DNA of 42,121 bases from an uncultured Nitrososphaeraceae archaeon (GTDB lineage Archaea; Thermoproteota; Nitrososphaeria; Nitrososphaerales; Nitrososphaeraceae): NCBI GenBank assembly GCA_963765895.1, contig CAVXZB010000057.1, forward strand, positions 1 through 42,121, written 5' to 3'. The notes beneath the pieces are model-generated. The model ran no database searches and was not told the origin of the DNA. It saw only the letters and a list, made by a program, of their open reading frames with translations. Made by a program: the position numbers and the translations under genes. This document shows positions 29,967 through 40,653 of the stretch, in pieces. The first letter of the stretch is position 1, and the number at the start of each line of letters is the position of its first letter.

Positions 29967-30305
29967 TCAGGTACTTGGTGAAGTTAATGAGATGAGTTCA
30001 ACGATTACACCTTTACTCCATCCATATTTCTTGCTCATTAATATAGAGACTTGAGCAGCCAGGCCAGATTCTTTCTCCCGATTAATTATTCGTGCCGTTC
30101 CTTGAAAAAAGGCGTTATCTATAGAAAAGCAAACCTTTGGATTGTGAAGTATATTTTGTACCCAATGTGTATTATTTTCGCGTTCTGAAATTATATAATA
30201 TCTTCCGTCGTGTTCTACAAACCAAATCTCTATCTTATGTTTCTTGCCAGTCTTCCAGCCCGAAGTGCCTAAATAAAGAAATTGTGGTTCGGCCTTGACT
30301 GCCAC
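29967..30305 (-). CDS. Deazaflavin (F420)-dependent nitroreductase-family protein
   Basis: YLGTSGWKTGKKHKIEIWF...WVQNILHNPKV. Confidence 0.8.
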   Translation of the reverse strand: MAVKAEPQFLYLGTSGWKTGKKHKIEIWFVEHDGRYYIISERENNTHWVQNILHNPKVCFSIDNAFFQGTARIINREKESGLAAQVSILMSKKYGWSKGVIVELISLTSPST

Positions 30306-30310
30306 CGCAC

Positions 30311-30931
30311 TTATTTTACTTTATCGAAACGCGAAGCCGCATCGTCCCAGTTTACAACATTCCACCAAGCAGAGATATAGTCGGGCCTTTTGTTTTGATA
30401 TTTGAGGTAATAAGCATGTTCCCAAACATCACATCCTAAGAGTGGGACTAAACCTTCCGTCCTAGGACTTGTTTGATTTGGCACGGACTTGTAGTCTACT
30501 TTCTTGGAAGATGGATTATAGACTAGCCATCCCCAACCACTGCCTTGAATCAATGCAGTAGTAGAAGAGAATTTTTCCTTAAAGCCTGAAAAACTTCCAA
30601 ATGATGTATTAATTGCATCTGCGATAGATCCCCCTGGTTCTCCACCACCATTTTTCTTCATATTGTTCCAAAATATTCGATGGTTATCAAATCCTCCACC
30701 GTTAAAGTTAATTGCACTTTTTTGATCTGCTGGCACTTGATCAAGGCTTGATAATATTTCAAGGATGTCTTTTTCTTGAATTTCTGGAGAACTTTTATCT
30801 AGAGCAGCATTCAGTTTGTCGGTATAAGTTTGATGACGTTTTGTATGGTGTATCTCCATAGTTCTTGCATCAATATGTGGTTCTAATGCATCGTAGGCAT
30901 ACGGTAAAGGAGGTAATTCATATTTTTTCAT
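30311..30931 (-). CDS. sod: Fe/Mn superoxide dismutase
   Basis: LPPLPYAYDALEPHID, NHRIFW, GSGWGWL and DVWEHAYY. Confidence 0.97.
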   Translation of the reverse strand: MKKYELPPLPYAYDALEPHIDARTMEIHHTKRHQTYTDKLNAALDKSSPEIQEKDILEILSSLDQVPADQKSAINFNGGGFDNHRIFWNNMKKNGGGEPGGSIADAINTSFGSFSGFKEKFSSTTALIQGSGWGWLVYNPSSKKVDYKSVPNQTSPRTEGLVPLLGCDVWEHAYYLKYQNKRPDYISAWWNVVNWDDAASRFDKVK

Positions 30932-31657
30932 AGTTGATAGAGAGCAATGGTCATAAATAAAGTATGATGTTTACAAGTCATATAGTTTATAAGAGTTATA
31001 GTTCGAAACTTCGTCGTTTTCACAACTGAAAATAGAGGAAATGAAAACACATCGAGTATAAAGTAGAAGGTGGTAAGGTGATAGACAATATTGATAATGG
31101 CGATGGGAGCACCTTACTTATCAACCACGATACTAGATAGAGTGACTCCTGCTAATAGAAAAGGAAATTTTGCGACTGGTGTAGCAAATTCAAAAGGATT
31201 TGAAAGACAAGAGTATGAGACAGTGCTGGACAGCACAGATCTTTGTCAAATATCAGAGGAGGAAAATAGCAAATTGAGAAGCACCTAAGAGACAACCAAA
31301 AATGGTTATGGGCGATTGGCGATGAAGTTTCATTATAATGAAGAGAATATCTGGAGTTGGGCTAGCTAACGTTATGCAGATTAAACTGTTTCTTGATCAA
31401 GGCTTGAATTCTATCTGACATACTCCTTCTTGCGTTTAAGGTCGCAGGAGCATCTTTTCCTACTATGAATGTGAAATCAAGATTATCTGACGTAACTGCT
31501 TGTAGAATCACTTTGCAACTTCAGTTACTGATAGAGAAGTTAACAGCTTTCCGGAAGAGATAGCCTAGCATACGGGTTGCAACCGTCGACAGAGAAGATT
31601 GCCTCAAATTCGTTCTACTGGGGTATTCGAATATCAAATTTGAAATTCGGATTTGTC

Positions 31658-31678
31658 CTTAAATCTTAAATCTTAAAT
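31658..31678. repeat. (CTTAAAT) x3 at the TATA position of the MFS gene
   Basis: Three perfect 7-mers ending 23 nt before the ATG at 31702. Confidence 0.8.
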
Positions 31679-31701
31679 GGAACGCTATAATTACCTAAAT
31701 A

Positions 31702-32992
31702 ATGACTAGTCTAGTAAAACAGCCTTCACTTTTTCCTCTATTATTGGTTAATTTCGTAGGAACTCTTGGCTTTAGTATTGTTTTGCCTTTCCTAGTTTTT
31801 GTAGTTATGAAATTTGGAGGTAACGCTATAGTTTATGGTCTGCTTGCCGCTACTTATCCTGCCTTCCAACTTATTGGAGCCCCAATATTAGGAAAATGGT
31901 CTGATATTTATGGAAGAAAAAAGGTTCTTCTATTAAGTAATATTGGAACAGCGGTTGGTTGGATATTATTTCTTTTTGCATTATTTTTGCCTGCTGAAAA
32001 ATCTAGCATTGATATCATCTTCTTCGGAACATTTGTTTTTATTCTTCCTTTGCTGATCTTATTTCTGGCCAGAGCTATCGACGGCATTACTGGCGGGAAT
32101 ATCTCTATTGCTAATGCTTATCTTGCTGACATTTCATCAGATAGCACTAGGAGCAAAAACTTTGGAAAAATGGCCATATCTTCCAATCTTGGATTTATTC
32201 TAGGTCCTGCACTAGCCGGAATTCTAGGGGGAACTATTTACGGAGCAATATTACCGGTTCTAGCAGCACTAGTTCTATCATTGGTTACATTACTCGCAAT
32301 AGTCTTACTGTTAAAAGAATCCAAGCCCCCATCAAAAGAGATAGTGGTTCCGGAAGAAACAACTGTTAGAAAGGTTTTTTCACAGGAATGCAGGGACTGC
32401 TATTCAACTGTAACTACTACAAAGCCTAGATTGCGAGATGTTTTCAAACTAGAGCAGATTTCTTTTTTACTTGTGCTATATTTTTTGATATTTCTTGGAT
32501 TTAATATCTACTACGCGGCCTTTCCGACTCATGCTCGCTAACGATCTAAAATGGTCAGTAACACAGCTAGGAATATTTTATGCAGTATTAAGTGGAATAA
32601 TGGCCTTGATTCAAGGTCCGGTTTTACGTAAGGCAATAAAAAGATTCTCAGAAGAGAAATTAGTCGTCATTGGTAGCATAATTTTAGGTACAAATTTTGT
32701 TCTATTTGCATCAAATAATATTGTCTCAGTCAGCTTGGCCCTAATACTATTTGCTGTTGGTAACGGCCTTATGTGGCCATCTTTCATGTCAATACTATCA
32801 AGGCGCGCAGGATCAAAACTTCAAGGAGCAGTACAGGGTGTTGCGGGCAGTTTTGGAGGCTTGGCTAGTATAGTTGGACTAACTTTGGGTGGATTTTTAT
32901 TTAATTCAGTTGGAGGAGCCACTTTTCTAATTAGTGGTGGAGTAATATTCATAGTTTTTATCATGTCTTTTAGACTACTGAAAATGAAATGA
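31702..32992 (+). CDS. MFS transporter, TetA/DHA1-like (+1 frameshift near 32535)
   Basis: GKWSDIYGRKK, RAIDGITGGN and GFILGPALAG. The two ORFs join at THAANDLKW. Confidence 0.88.
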
Positions 32993-33195
32993 GCAGGCCT
33001 GATGTAAACAAATTATGCCTTGACAACAAGTGTCAGTTGGCTAGCTGTTAAAGTGTTATCTATACAGGGACGCTGGACACGATATCTTCTATGCGGTTAG
33101 AAACAACTGGCAGTTTATCTATATGATTCCTGAAAAGATATATAGTATCATAATAGGTAACAAGAAAAAACCATAGCCATTACCCATTATCAGGA

Positions 33196-34191
33196 CTAGC
33201 TGAGTTCCAATACTTGTTCTGGCTGTTGTTTTTGTCTTATTTTCTTTTTCTGATTCAGCCTTTTCTCTATCTCTCTTATCATCCATCCATCGTAGGAAGT
33301 AGTATCAGCAAGCACAAATAATTCAACTCTATTTACACCGGTAAAGGATTCTATCTCTTTGAGTATACCATCTGCTGTAAAAATGTCCCGACTGAATAAA
33401 AGTAAAGATATCATGTCGTCTGGGTCAATTATAGGAGGCTGACAAAGAATATTGTCTTTTAATCCCCCATAAATACGCTCAATTATCTGGTTGTTGAAGG
33501 CCTTATCAACAGTATTTATTACGAGTACAAACTGAAAATAACCTAAAGTAGAGACTGGATTACACAGAATAAAGAATTTCAATACATTATTATCTCTTAA
33601 CCTCGCTAATCTTCTATTAACCGTTCTTGGTGATATTGATATTTTTTTAGCTATATCGTTCATATCCATCCTGGGATTCGTAAAGAGGCAATTTATTATC
33701 TCCAGATCTATATCAGAAAGATCATATCTGCTACCTAGATATGACGATGGCGACGTAAACATAAAATGGATATTGGCAGGTTTGAGTGAATCTCGCAAAA
33801 GTTCAAGCTTATCTTCTTGCCCTTCTTTAATTGCCAAACAGAATGTGGAGATTCCTCCCATACATTTAGAGTGAAGGGATACATCTCCAAGAAGATTAAG
33901 CCGACTAACTATTTCGTCTGTGTGAGAAGCATGCTCCCGTACTATCAACATACAGGACATTGCATATCCAAGTGACGCAGGATTAACTTTAACAACGAAT
34001 TTTTTTATTACTCCGGTCGAAATCATTGTATCAACCCTTGCTTTTACACTCTTAGAAGTCATACCGACCGCAGATCCTATACTCATAAACGACGCTCTAC
34101 AGTCTTTTGACAAAATGCTAATAATCTTTAGGTCAGTTTCGTCAAGAAAATGCCGTTCCTGTTGCATAACTCTATTTATGACATCTGTCAA
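33196..34191 (-). CDS. Lrp/AsnC-family regulator with two wHTH-effector repeats
   Basis: LDETDLKII...DCRASF and LSDIDLEII...NPRM...ISPRTVNRR. Confidence 0.88.
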   Translation of the reverse strand: MTDVINRVMQQERHFLDETDLKIISILSKDCRASFMSIGSAVGMTSKSVKARVDTMISTGVIKKFVVKVNPASLGYAMSCMLIVREHASHTDEIVSRLNLLGDVSLHSKCMGGISTFCLAIKEGQEDKLELLRDSLKPANIHFMFTSPSSYLGSRYDLSDIDLEIINCLFTNPRMDMNDIAKKISISPRTVNRRLARLRDNNVLKFFILCNPVSTLGYFQFVLVINTVDKAFNNQIIERIYGGLKDNILCQPPIIDPDDMISLLLFSRDIFTADGILKEIESFTGVNRVELFVLADTTSYDGWMIREIEKRLNQKKKIRQKQQPEQVLELS

Positions 34192-34583
34192 TTATTTAAA
34201 TATAATGTCCGTTATTCGGAGTATTACTACCATCAACGCTAAATAACGTAGATACATAACAAAAGTAATGAGCATTAAATACTACAGAACGCTTACGTTA
34301 GACTACGATTACTGTCAAAAGGACAAATATCAACAAAAGATAATGAAATGCAGAGGTATAGACATAGCCTCTGAGAATGATCAAAGTGGAGGGTTTGTAA
34401 GCAAATAAAAAGAGAAAAGAATTTGATTTGGGAGAAGTTGTTTAATGTACAAGAGATTTAATCCTTCAGCTTCCAATGCATGGACATCTATTAGATGTGA
34501 CTCAACATACTGCGAGGAATGGACGGCGGCTTTACTCAGTAATATCAGATCACCCTTCCTAGTATTATTGGATCTGAATAGTC

Positions 34584-35673
34584 TTGATATATGATTATAA
34601 GATCAACGTTAAAGGGAGCGTCAATTTAAAGCAATTCGATAAGGCCCTGGTCATAGGACTGGGTAAATTAGGCCTTCCTGTAGCACGGTATGTAAAAGAA
34701 AAAGAATTTGACACCTATGGACTTGATTCAAATCCAAAAGCTGTTGAGATGGCGAGGAAAGCAGCGATTGAAAAAGCAGTTAATTTTAGTCAGTTTGATG
34801 TCTTTATCATCTGTGTTTCTACACACAAACCAGATGACATGTTTTCTCCACAAATAGATGGTCTATTATCTATAATTGAAAAGATATCAAAAGAAGCAAA
34901 GAATGGAGCACTAGTTTCAATAGAAGCATTCCAAAAGGTACATCAAAGAAGGTATTTGAAATGCTTAATCATAGACTGCATGTAGCTCATGCACCTCATC
35001 GCTGGTATGCATTAGAACAAGAAGAACACGGTGTCAATCAACTACGAGTACTTGGTGGAGTCTGTCAATGCTGTCTAGATGTAGCTATGGAGTTTTATGA
35101 TGGTAGAGTACGAATAAATGGAGAAATAAAGGGTCAAGCATACGGAATAGAAATAGAATCAGAAAAGAAAGGCAATCTAGATAATAATAATAAATAATAA
35201 TAATAATAATAGATAAAGAAAATGGTGAAAATAACGGTGAAAATAATAATTATTATGATAACATCGTCATAGATGAAGAAGAAGAACAACTACAACAACA
35301 ACAGAGCTAAATGAATATTCGTATGCATGCAGTACCTCAAATAGAAATTGCTGAAATTACAAAGATTGCTGAAAATGCTCACAGATATCTACAAATAGCA
35401 TTTGCAGAAGATCTGTATCTTTACTGTCAAGCAAATAACATAAACTTTGCAGAACTACGAGATGCACTAAATACAAAATGGAATGTGAATATACTTGAAC
35501 CAAGAGATGGAATAGGTGGTCATTGTCTACCAAAAGATACTAAAATGTTTTTACAGTCATCAAACGGAAGTAAAAGTAAGATACTAATAGCCGCTATGGA
35601 AGTCGATCGTGATTATCGAGAGTACAGTGACAAATTAGCAAATCAGTTAAATAAGAATATGGTAACACTTTGA
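34584..35673 (+). pseudogene. Nucleotide-sugar (UDP-glucose/GDP-mannose family) dehydrogenase, fragmented
   Basis: GLGKLG Rossmann motif, ICVST, PHR, KIAENAHR and GIGGHCLPKD. Broken near 34925, in an AAT tract near 35190, and by TAA at 35308. Confidence 0.8.
35181..35305. repeat. AAT/GAA/CAA low-complexity tract inside the dehydrogenase
   Basis: ataataataataaataataataataataata ... gaagaagaagaa ... caacaacaacag. Confidence 0.85.
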
Positions 35674-35736
35674 TAGTCTCAACAGAAAAGATGACACATT
35701 TCAAAGAAGAGATAGCAACATGATCGTAGGATATGG

Positions 35737-37110
35737 ATGGTAAAGTTGAGCCTTAAAGAGAATGCACACGGTGATGAAACTAGCGTATCGACAACAAAAC
35801 CAGGAAACGTATTTTCTACAATACATCAAAAGAAACCAGAAAAGCACCACTATGGTAATCTCAAACAAATATTCATTCTAGCATTTGATGCACTAAGAGA
35901 AAGGAAAGCCAGATCCATATTGACAATATTAATGGTTGTTACAGGTGGTGGTTTAATGGTTGCACTTAATGGAATGAGTGCAGGCGTAGCTAATCTAATT
36001 AATAAGCAATTAAGTATCTTGGCACCTAACGTCCTGTTTGTCAGTCCGGGCCAGATTAATTTTCGTGGAGGACCATCACCACCTTCTACGTTAATCTTTA
36101 ATTCTGAGGTAGTAAATCGAATAAAATCTCTACCATATGTTCAGGAGGTCATCCCTTCATATCAAGGTCAGTTTGAGCTCAACGCTCAAGGAAATATTTT
36201 AACGACTCCAGTCCTTGCAATGGATCCAACTAAACTTCACTTGATTAGTCCTTCATTGGCGCTAGTTCCTGGTTCATCTATACAGGAAAACAATCCATCA
36301 GGTATGATTGTAGGTGATACTATAGCAAATCCCCCAGGAAAAACTAATTTTGTAACGGTTGGCCAAAATATCAAGGCAACATATTCATTTGCAGATCCTA
36401 GTACAGGAAAGCTACAACACCAGTCACGAAGTTTTGTGATAAGTGCGATAATGGAACCTACAGGTAATTCCTATATAGATAGGTCAATTATGATCAATTT
36501 ACCAACTGGCAACTCGTTATTCAAAAAAGGAGGCAAGTATGATCAAATGGCAGTAATTGCACTTTCTGGTGATTATGTTAATGTTGTTCAACAGGAGATC
36601 ACTAGTCTATATGGAAGTAACAATATTGGAGTTACAACACCAAAGGCCATAATTAAAACAATACAGGGAGCTCAGGGTGGAAATAGTTCATTTCAAACAG
36701 GTATAGCGTTTATTGCATTACTTGTAGGAGCCGTAGGAATTATTACCACTCTGTACACATCTGTTAATGAACGTATAAAAGAGATTGGAACTATGAAAGC
36801 TATAGGTGCAAAAAGTAGATTTATTCTTGCTCTATTTCTAAGTGAGGCTCTAATAATTGGTCTTTTAGGCTCAACACTAGGACTATTAACAGGTGTTGCA
36901 GGTGCATATGTACTAACTTCTGGTATGCTGGGATCTGGATCTGGATCTGAAGGAGGCGGAGGAGGAAGTGCACCTCATTTTGCACCCATCTTCCTTCCAA
37001 ATGATCTTTTAAATGTCTGGTTGCTTTCCCTAGCTTTAAGCTTGGGAGCAGGAGTCTACCCTGCTTGGAAGGCATCACGTCTATCTCCACTAGAAGCTCT
37101 AAGAAGATAG
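35737..37110 (+). CDS. ABC transporter permease (MacB/FtsX family)
   Basis: RKARSILT, a large extracellular domain, SVNERIKEIGTMKAIGA and YPAWKASRLSPLEALR. Confidence 0.93.
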   Translation: MVKLSLKENAHGDETSVSTTKPGNVFSTIHQKKPEKHHYGNLKQIFILAFDALRERKARSILTILMVVTGGGLMVALNGMSAGVANLINKQLSILAPNVLFVSPGQINFRGGPSPPSTLIFNSEVVNRIKSLPYVQEVIPSYQGQFELNAQGNILTTPVLAMDPTKLHLISPSLALVPGSSIQENNPSGMIVGDTIANPPGKTNFVTVGQNIKATYSFADPSTGKLQHQSRSFVISAIMEPTGNSYIDRSIMINLPTGNSLFKKGGKYDQMAVIALSGDYVNVVQQEITSLYGSNNIGVTTPKAIIKTIQGAQGGNSSFQTGIAFIALLVGAVGIITTLYTSVNERIKEIGTMKAIGAKSRFILALFLSEALIIGLLGSTLGLLTGVAGAYVLTSGMLGSGSGSEGGGGGSAPHFAPIFLPNDLLNVWLLSLALSLGAGVYPAWKASRLSPLEALRR

Positions 37111-37386
37111 ATGCTAGTAAGACAATTAGTGAAAATGAAAACAACTATAATCTTGTCATCACTGTATGATGTGAAGATATATCCATTCTTAGTTATCTGA
37201 AGTATCACTATCAATAGATTATGCATAAGTTTGGAGAGCTTTGGAGCAGTGCCTTTGGCACTATGAAGATTATGATAATTAACTACCGGTGAGACCGATG
37301 TAAAGTACGACTATCCTTTTCACTGCGAATCGCAGCTTCATGTTGACGATGCCGTCGAGAGACCAATTTTGGAGAATTGCAGGTAT

Positions 37387-37830
37387 GGTGAAGTCTGTGG
37401 ACTTACCATAATCTTATTCTTTTGTATTACTGGTTTGCAGCATGTCAGCGTTGCCTGCGAGTGATCTGAGTCGAGTAGGGCTTACTTTACTTGCTACAAA
37501 TTGTAGCTTAGGCTATGCTAGCTATGGATCCTCGGAATTGACTGACCCACCCTAATCTTCTCTTCAATACTACGGCTCGCAACAGGTAGACAAGGGCAAT
37601 AGCATGCCAACACCGTCGGTATAGGACTTTAGCGTGTGTAGGAAGCCATCGTGTCATGTCATGCGTACCATTTTAAACGGCATAGTTTATGAAATTTGTA
37701 GTAGCACGGTGAAGTCATTCAATCCACCATGGTCTTGTCTTTTAGTACCATAGCTCGCAACATGCCGGCGAGGCCCAATAGCATCCCCAATCTTACTTGC
37801 ATGGACTATACGAAGTGTGTACAATCATCC
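37387..37830. repeat. Three diverged repeats in ORF-less DNA
   Basis: Units begin near 37387, 37533 and 37708. Shared words are ggtgaagtc (1st/3rd) and gctcgcaaca, caatagcat, gtgtgta (2nd/3rd). Confidence 0.55.
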
Positions 37831-38075
37831 GGTTTCTCGTTGTCAGTATCACTTAATATGTCAGATTTAAGAAGATTAGCCTCAATGTATGAAACAGTCA
37901 TAATATGAACTGCAATACAGCCAGAAGGAAGTAACGTGTCCTAGACATGGGTCTATTATGAATAGAGTAGAATAATTGAGGCAATGTATAGGTTGAGATG
38001 TACCGTGTAAGTATTTTCTTTAATAGCTTTATCCAACAAGTTAAATAATATAATTTATTCTCAGAAACCTAGTCT

Positions 38076-38471
38076 ATGTTGAAAAGTAATATGCCTGAAG
38101 AATTGCTCAACTTACAGGTGAAGGAATTCAATAAAGGAAATGTGAATTCCTTGATGACACTCTATGAAAATGATGCATGTTTTGCATCCAGATCAGGACA
38201 AGTTATTAAGGGTCTAGGAAGTATACGTCTAGCTCTACAAGATTTCATTGACATGCGATGCAAGTTAGAAGTCAAAGTGAAGAAAGTTCTTGAAGCAACT
38301 AACCTTGCTCTTATTGTTACTGAATGGTCAATCAAGGGAATAGAATCCGATGCTAAACCCGTGAACCTTACTGGTAGGGGCACGGTAGTTCTACGCCAGC
38401 AATCTGATGGCACATGGTTAATTGTCATAGAAAATCCCTGGGGATTGGGTAATCAAGATACATTTAGATGA
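38076..38471 (+). CDS. YybH/SnoaL-like (NTF2-fold) protein
   Basis: LYENDA...VLRQQSDGTWLIVIENPWG. Confidence 0.85.
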   Translation: MLKSNMPEELLNLQVKEFNKGNVNSLMTLYENDACFASRSGQVIKGLGSIRLALQDFIDMRCKLEVKVKKVLEATNLALIVTEWSIKGIESDAKPVNLTGRGTVVLRQQSDGTWLIVIENPWGLGNQDTFR

Positions 38472-38501
38472 AAGGTGATGATGGCGATGTCATTTTACTC
38501 A

Positions 38502-40002
38502 TCATCTATTGTATTTCAGTACAGACGCTGGTCTTTTCCTGAGCGCCAAGGCAAATACAACTGAGACTGCTGACAACAACCCCGCCGTAAGGAATACGAG
38601 ATTATATGATCCAGGTGTTGGGTATGACCCACCGAATTCAGCCGTCCTCTGATTTTCCATGTATATCCCTGCTAGAGCCGGGCCTATTGCCATACCTATA
38701 AACAACAAGAGAGCTCCCACTCCTACTGATATGCCAGTGAACTCTTTTGGCGATGACGATACGACCATGTTCCATGTTGCAGTTATTGTGAGCGACAGTC
38801 CACTGGCAATTACAGCCAAATTTGCAGATACTGCAAACTCAGTTGAATGGAAAGTAAGCAATCCAATGGCACCGATCAGGCTGATTATCCCACCAATTAC
38901 CGTTGGCTTCATGCTTCCTACTCTATTTATAATAAATGGAGTAATACTTGCAAACACCAGGAACATTACCATAAATGGTAGCTGAACGTTTGCAGCCTCT
39001 TCAGAATTCCCTCCGAATCCTAACGGGACTGGGCTCCTAACCAGCTGGACTATGGATGGATATATCATGAACATCGTAATCCCGGTGGCTATCAGTATAA
39101 TGTATGATCGCAGAAGGATCTTGTGTCTTAGTAACTTCAAGTCAAAGAAAGGTGGTTTGGCCCTTCTCTCTATAATAACAAAGACAATTAACGAAATTGC
39201 TGATGTTACGAATGCACCAGCGATCTGCGGCAGATTTTCAGAGTTTATACCTATCTGTATGAGTGTAAGCGCAATTATGAATGAGGATATCGTGACAGAG
39301 AGGGCTGGTACACCTTTAATGTCTATAGAAAGCGACGTCTGTTTTTTGTTCAAGGACTTTCTGGACTCTTGACAGTAATTGCATGATCTGGCCCCCTATT
39401 TTCTTTTACAAATATGGCGATCATTAGCGTAACCATGGCAGAAAAAGGAACTATAGCCAAGAAAGTTGAATGCCATCCAAAATTCTGAATAATGCTAGCT
39501 CCTGTCAAGAGGCCGACTACTGAGCCTGCAGAATATGCCGATCCGAATACTCCTACAGCAATGGCGAGTTTGGCCGGTGGAAATGTATCTCTAAGAAGAC
39601 TGAAAGCAGCTGGGACTGCGGCTAAACCGAAGCCTTGAATTATCCTCGTGACGAGCAGAAATGATATGTTATATGCGAAGCCTCCAGCAGTGAGTCCGGC
39701 TATATATATAATAAGTAACATGAGCAATACTTTCTTTTTCCCGTAAAGATCAGACAGTCTGCCTGCGACAGGAGTCATTACCGCAGCCACAATCAAGTAG
39801 GCACTGAATATCCATGAGCAGTTCCGTACGGAATTTTAAACTCCTTTATGATCTCCGGGATTGCAGGTAGAAGCATGGTCTCGGAGAAAAAAACTGTCAG
39901 AAGGGTGCAGCTAAGTATTGCCAGAGTGAACCACGCACGGTGGCTGACAATAATTCCTTCCTTGCTATCTTCCATTCCTCTAATGTTACCTTTTCTTGTC
40001 AT
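38502..40002 (-). CDS. MFS transporter (DHA2-like) split by two single-base deletions (~39817, ~39369)
   Basis: Three overlapping ORFs rejoin into one transporter with GRLSDLYGKKK, RIIQGFG and GWH. Confidence 0.85.
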
Positions 40003-40004
40003 GA

Positions 40005-40229
40005 TTATCTACTCTCTTGAACAAAGTCGTGTTGTTGTTGTTGTTGCCCTTGCCGATCTAGTAAGAAATTTTCCATATCGGCCACTTTTAATGTGTTTAT
40101 GGATTTTTCCAAGTTACGCCTCGATGCGTAAGTTTGAAATCCATTTTTCGATAACAGGAGCGACGATTCAATTCCTATGTCGCTGGAGATACTTGTTACT
40201 ACTGGGACTTTCTTGATACGATTAGACAT
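40005..40229 (-). pseudogene. SDR oxidoreductase N-terminal remnant
   Basis: KVPVVTSISSDIGIESSLLLSKNGFQTYASRRNLEK is a decayed TGSSSGIG...LARNGF.TYATMRN. Truncated. Confidence 0.75.
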
Positions 40230-40653
40230 TTTTTTAATAGTGGTTGAGGGTGTGTGTCTATATCCAGTGAGAATATACCTTTATATTTATATCGTTCATC
40301 TAAGATCCTCATCCTTATATATTGGCGCTATTTATCGTTGACTGAAGCAATACTCCGAATAGTGGACACAATATTCAGAATACTGACTAGGTTTTATGGG
40401 TAAAATTTGCAACAACTGCATTTCCATAATATATCGCTATCTCTATTTTTATCTTAATGGAATTGGCGGAGAAAACAGTGTAGATCAATTCTCACGCAGC
40501 GGTGGTTTAACTCTAGTAAATAGTTCAATAACTTGTCTCATTTAATATTTCAGCATATTACATCTAAAGACAAGCATTGGTGATTGCTGCATTACCACAA
40601 CTATAATCATCGATAATCTATAATTGTGCAGCAATTATATTCTGATTAATGGT

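Noticed and set aside
31091-31288. 65-aa ORF upstream of sod
   Set aside because: No recognisable motif; possibly decayed coding DNA, but it cannot be supported.
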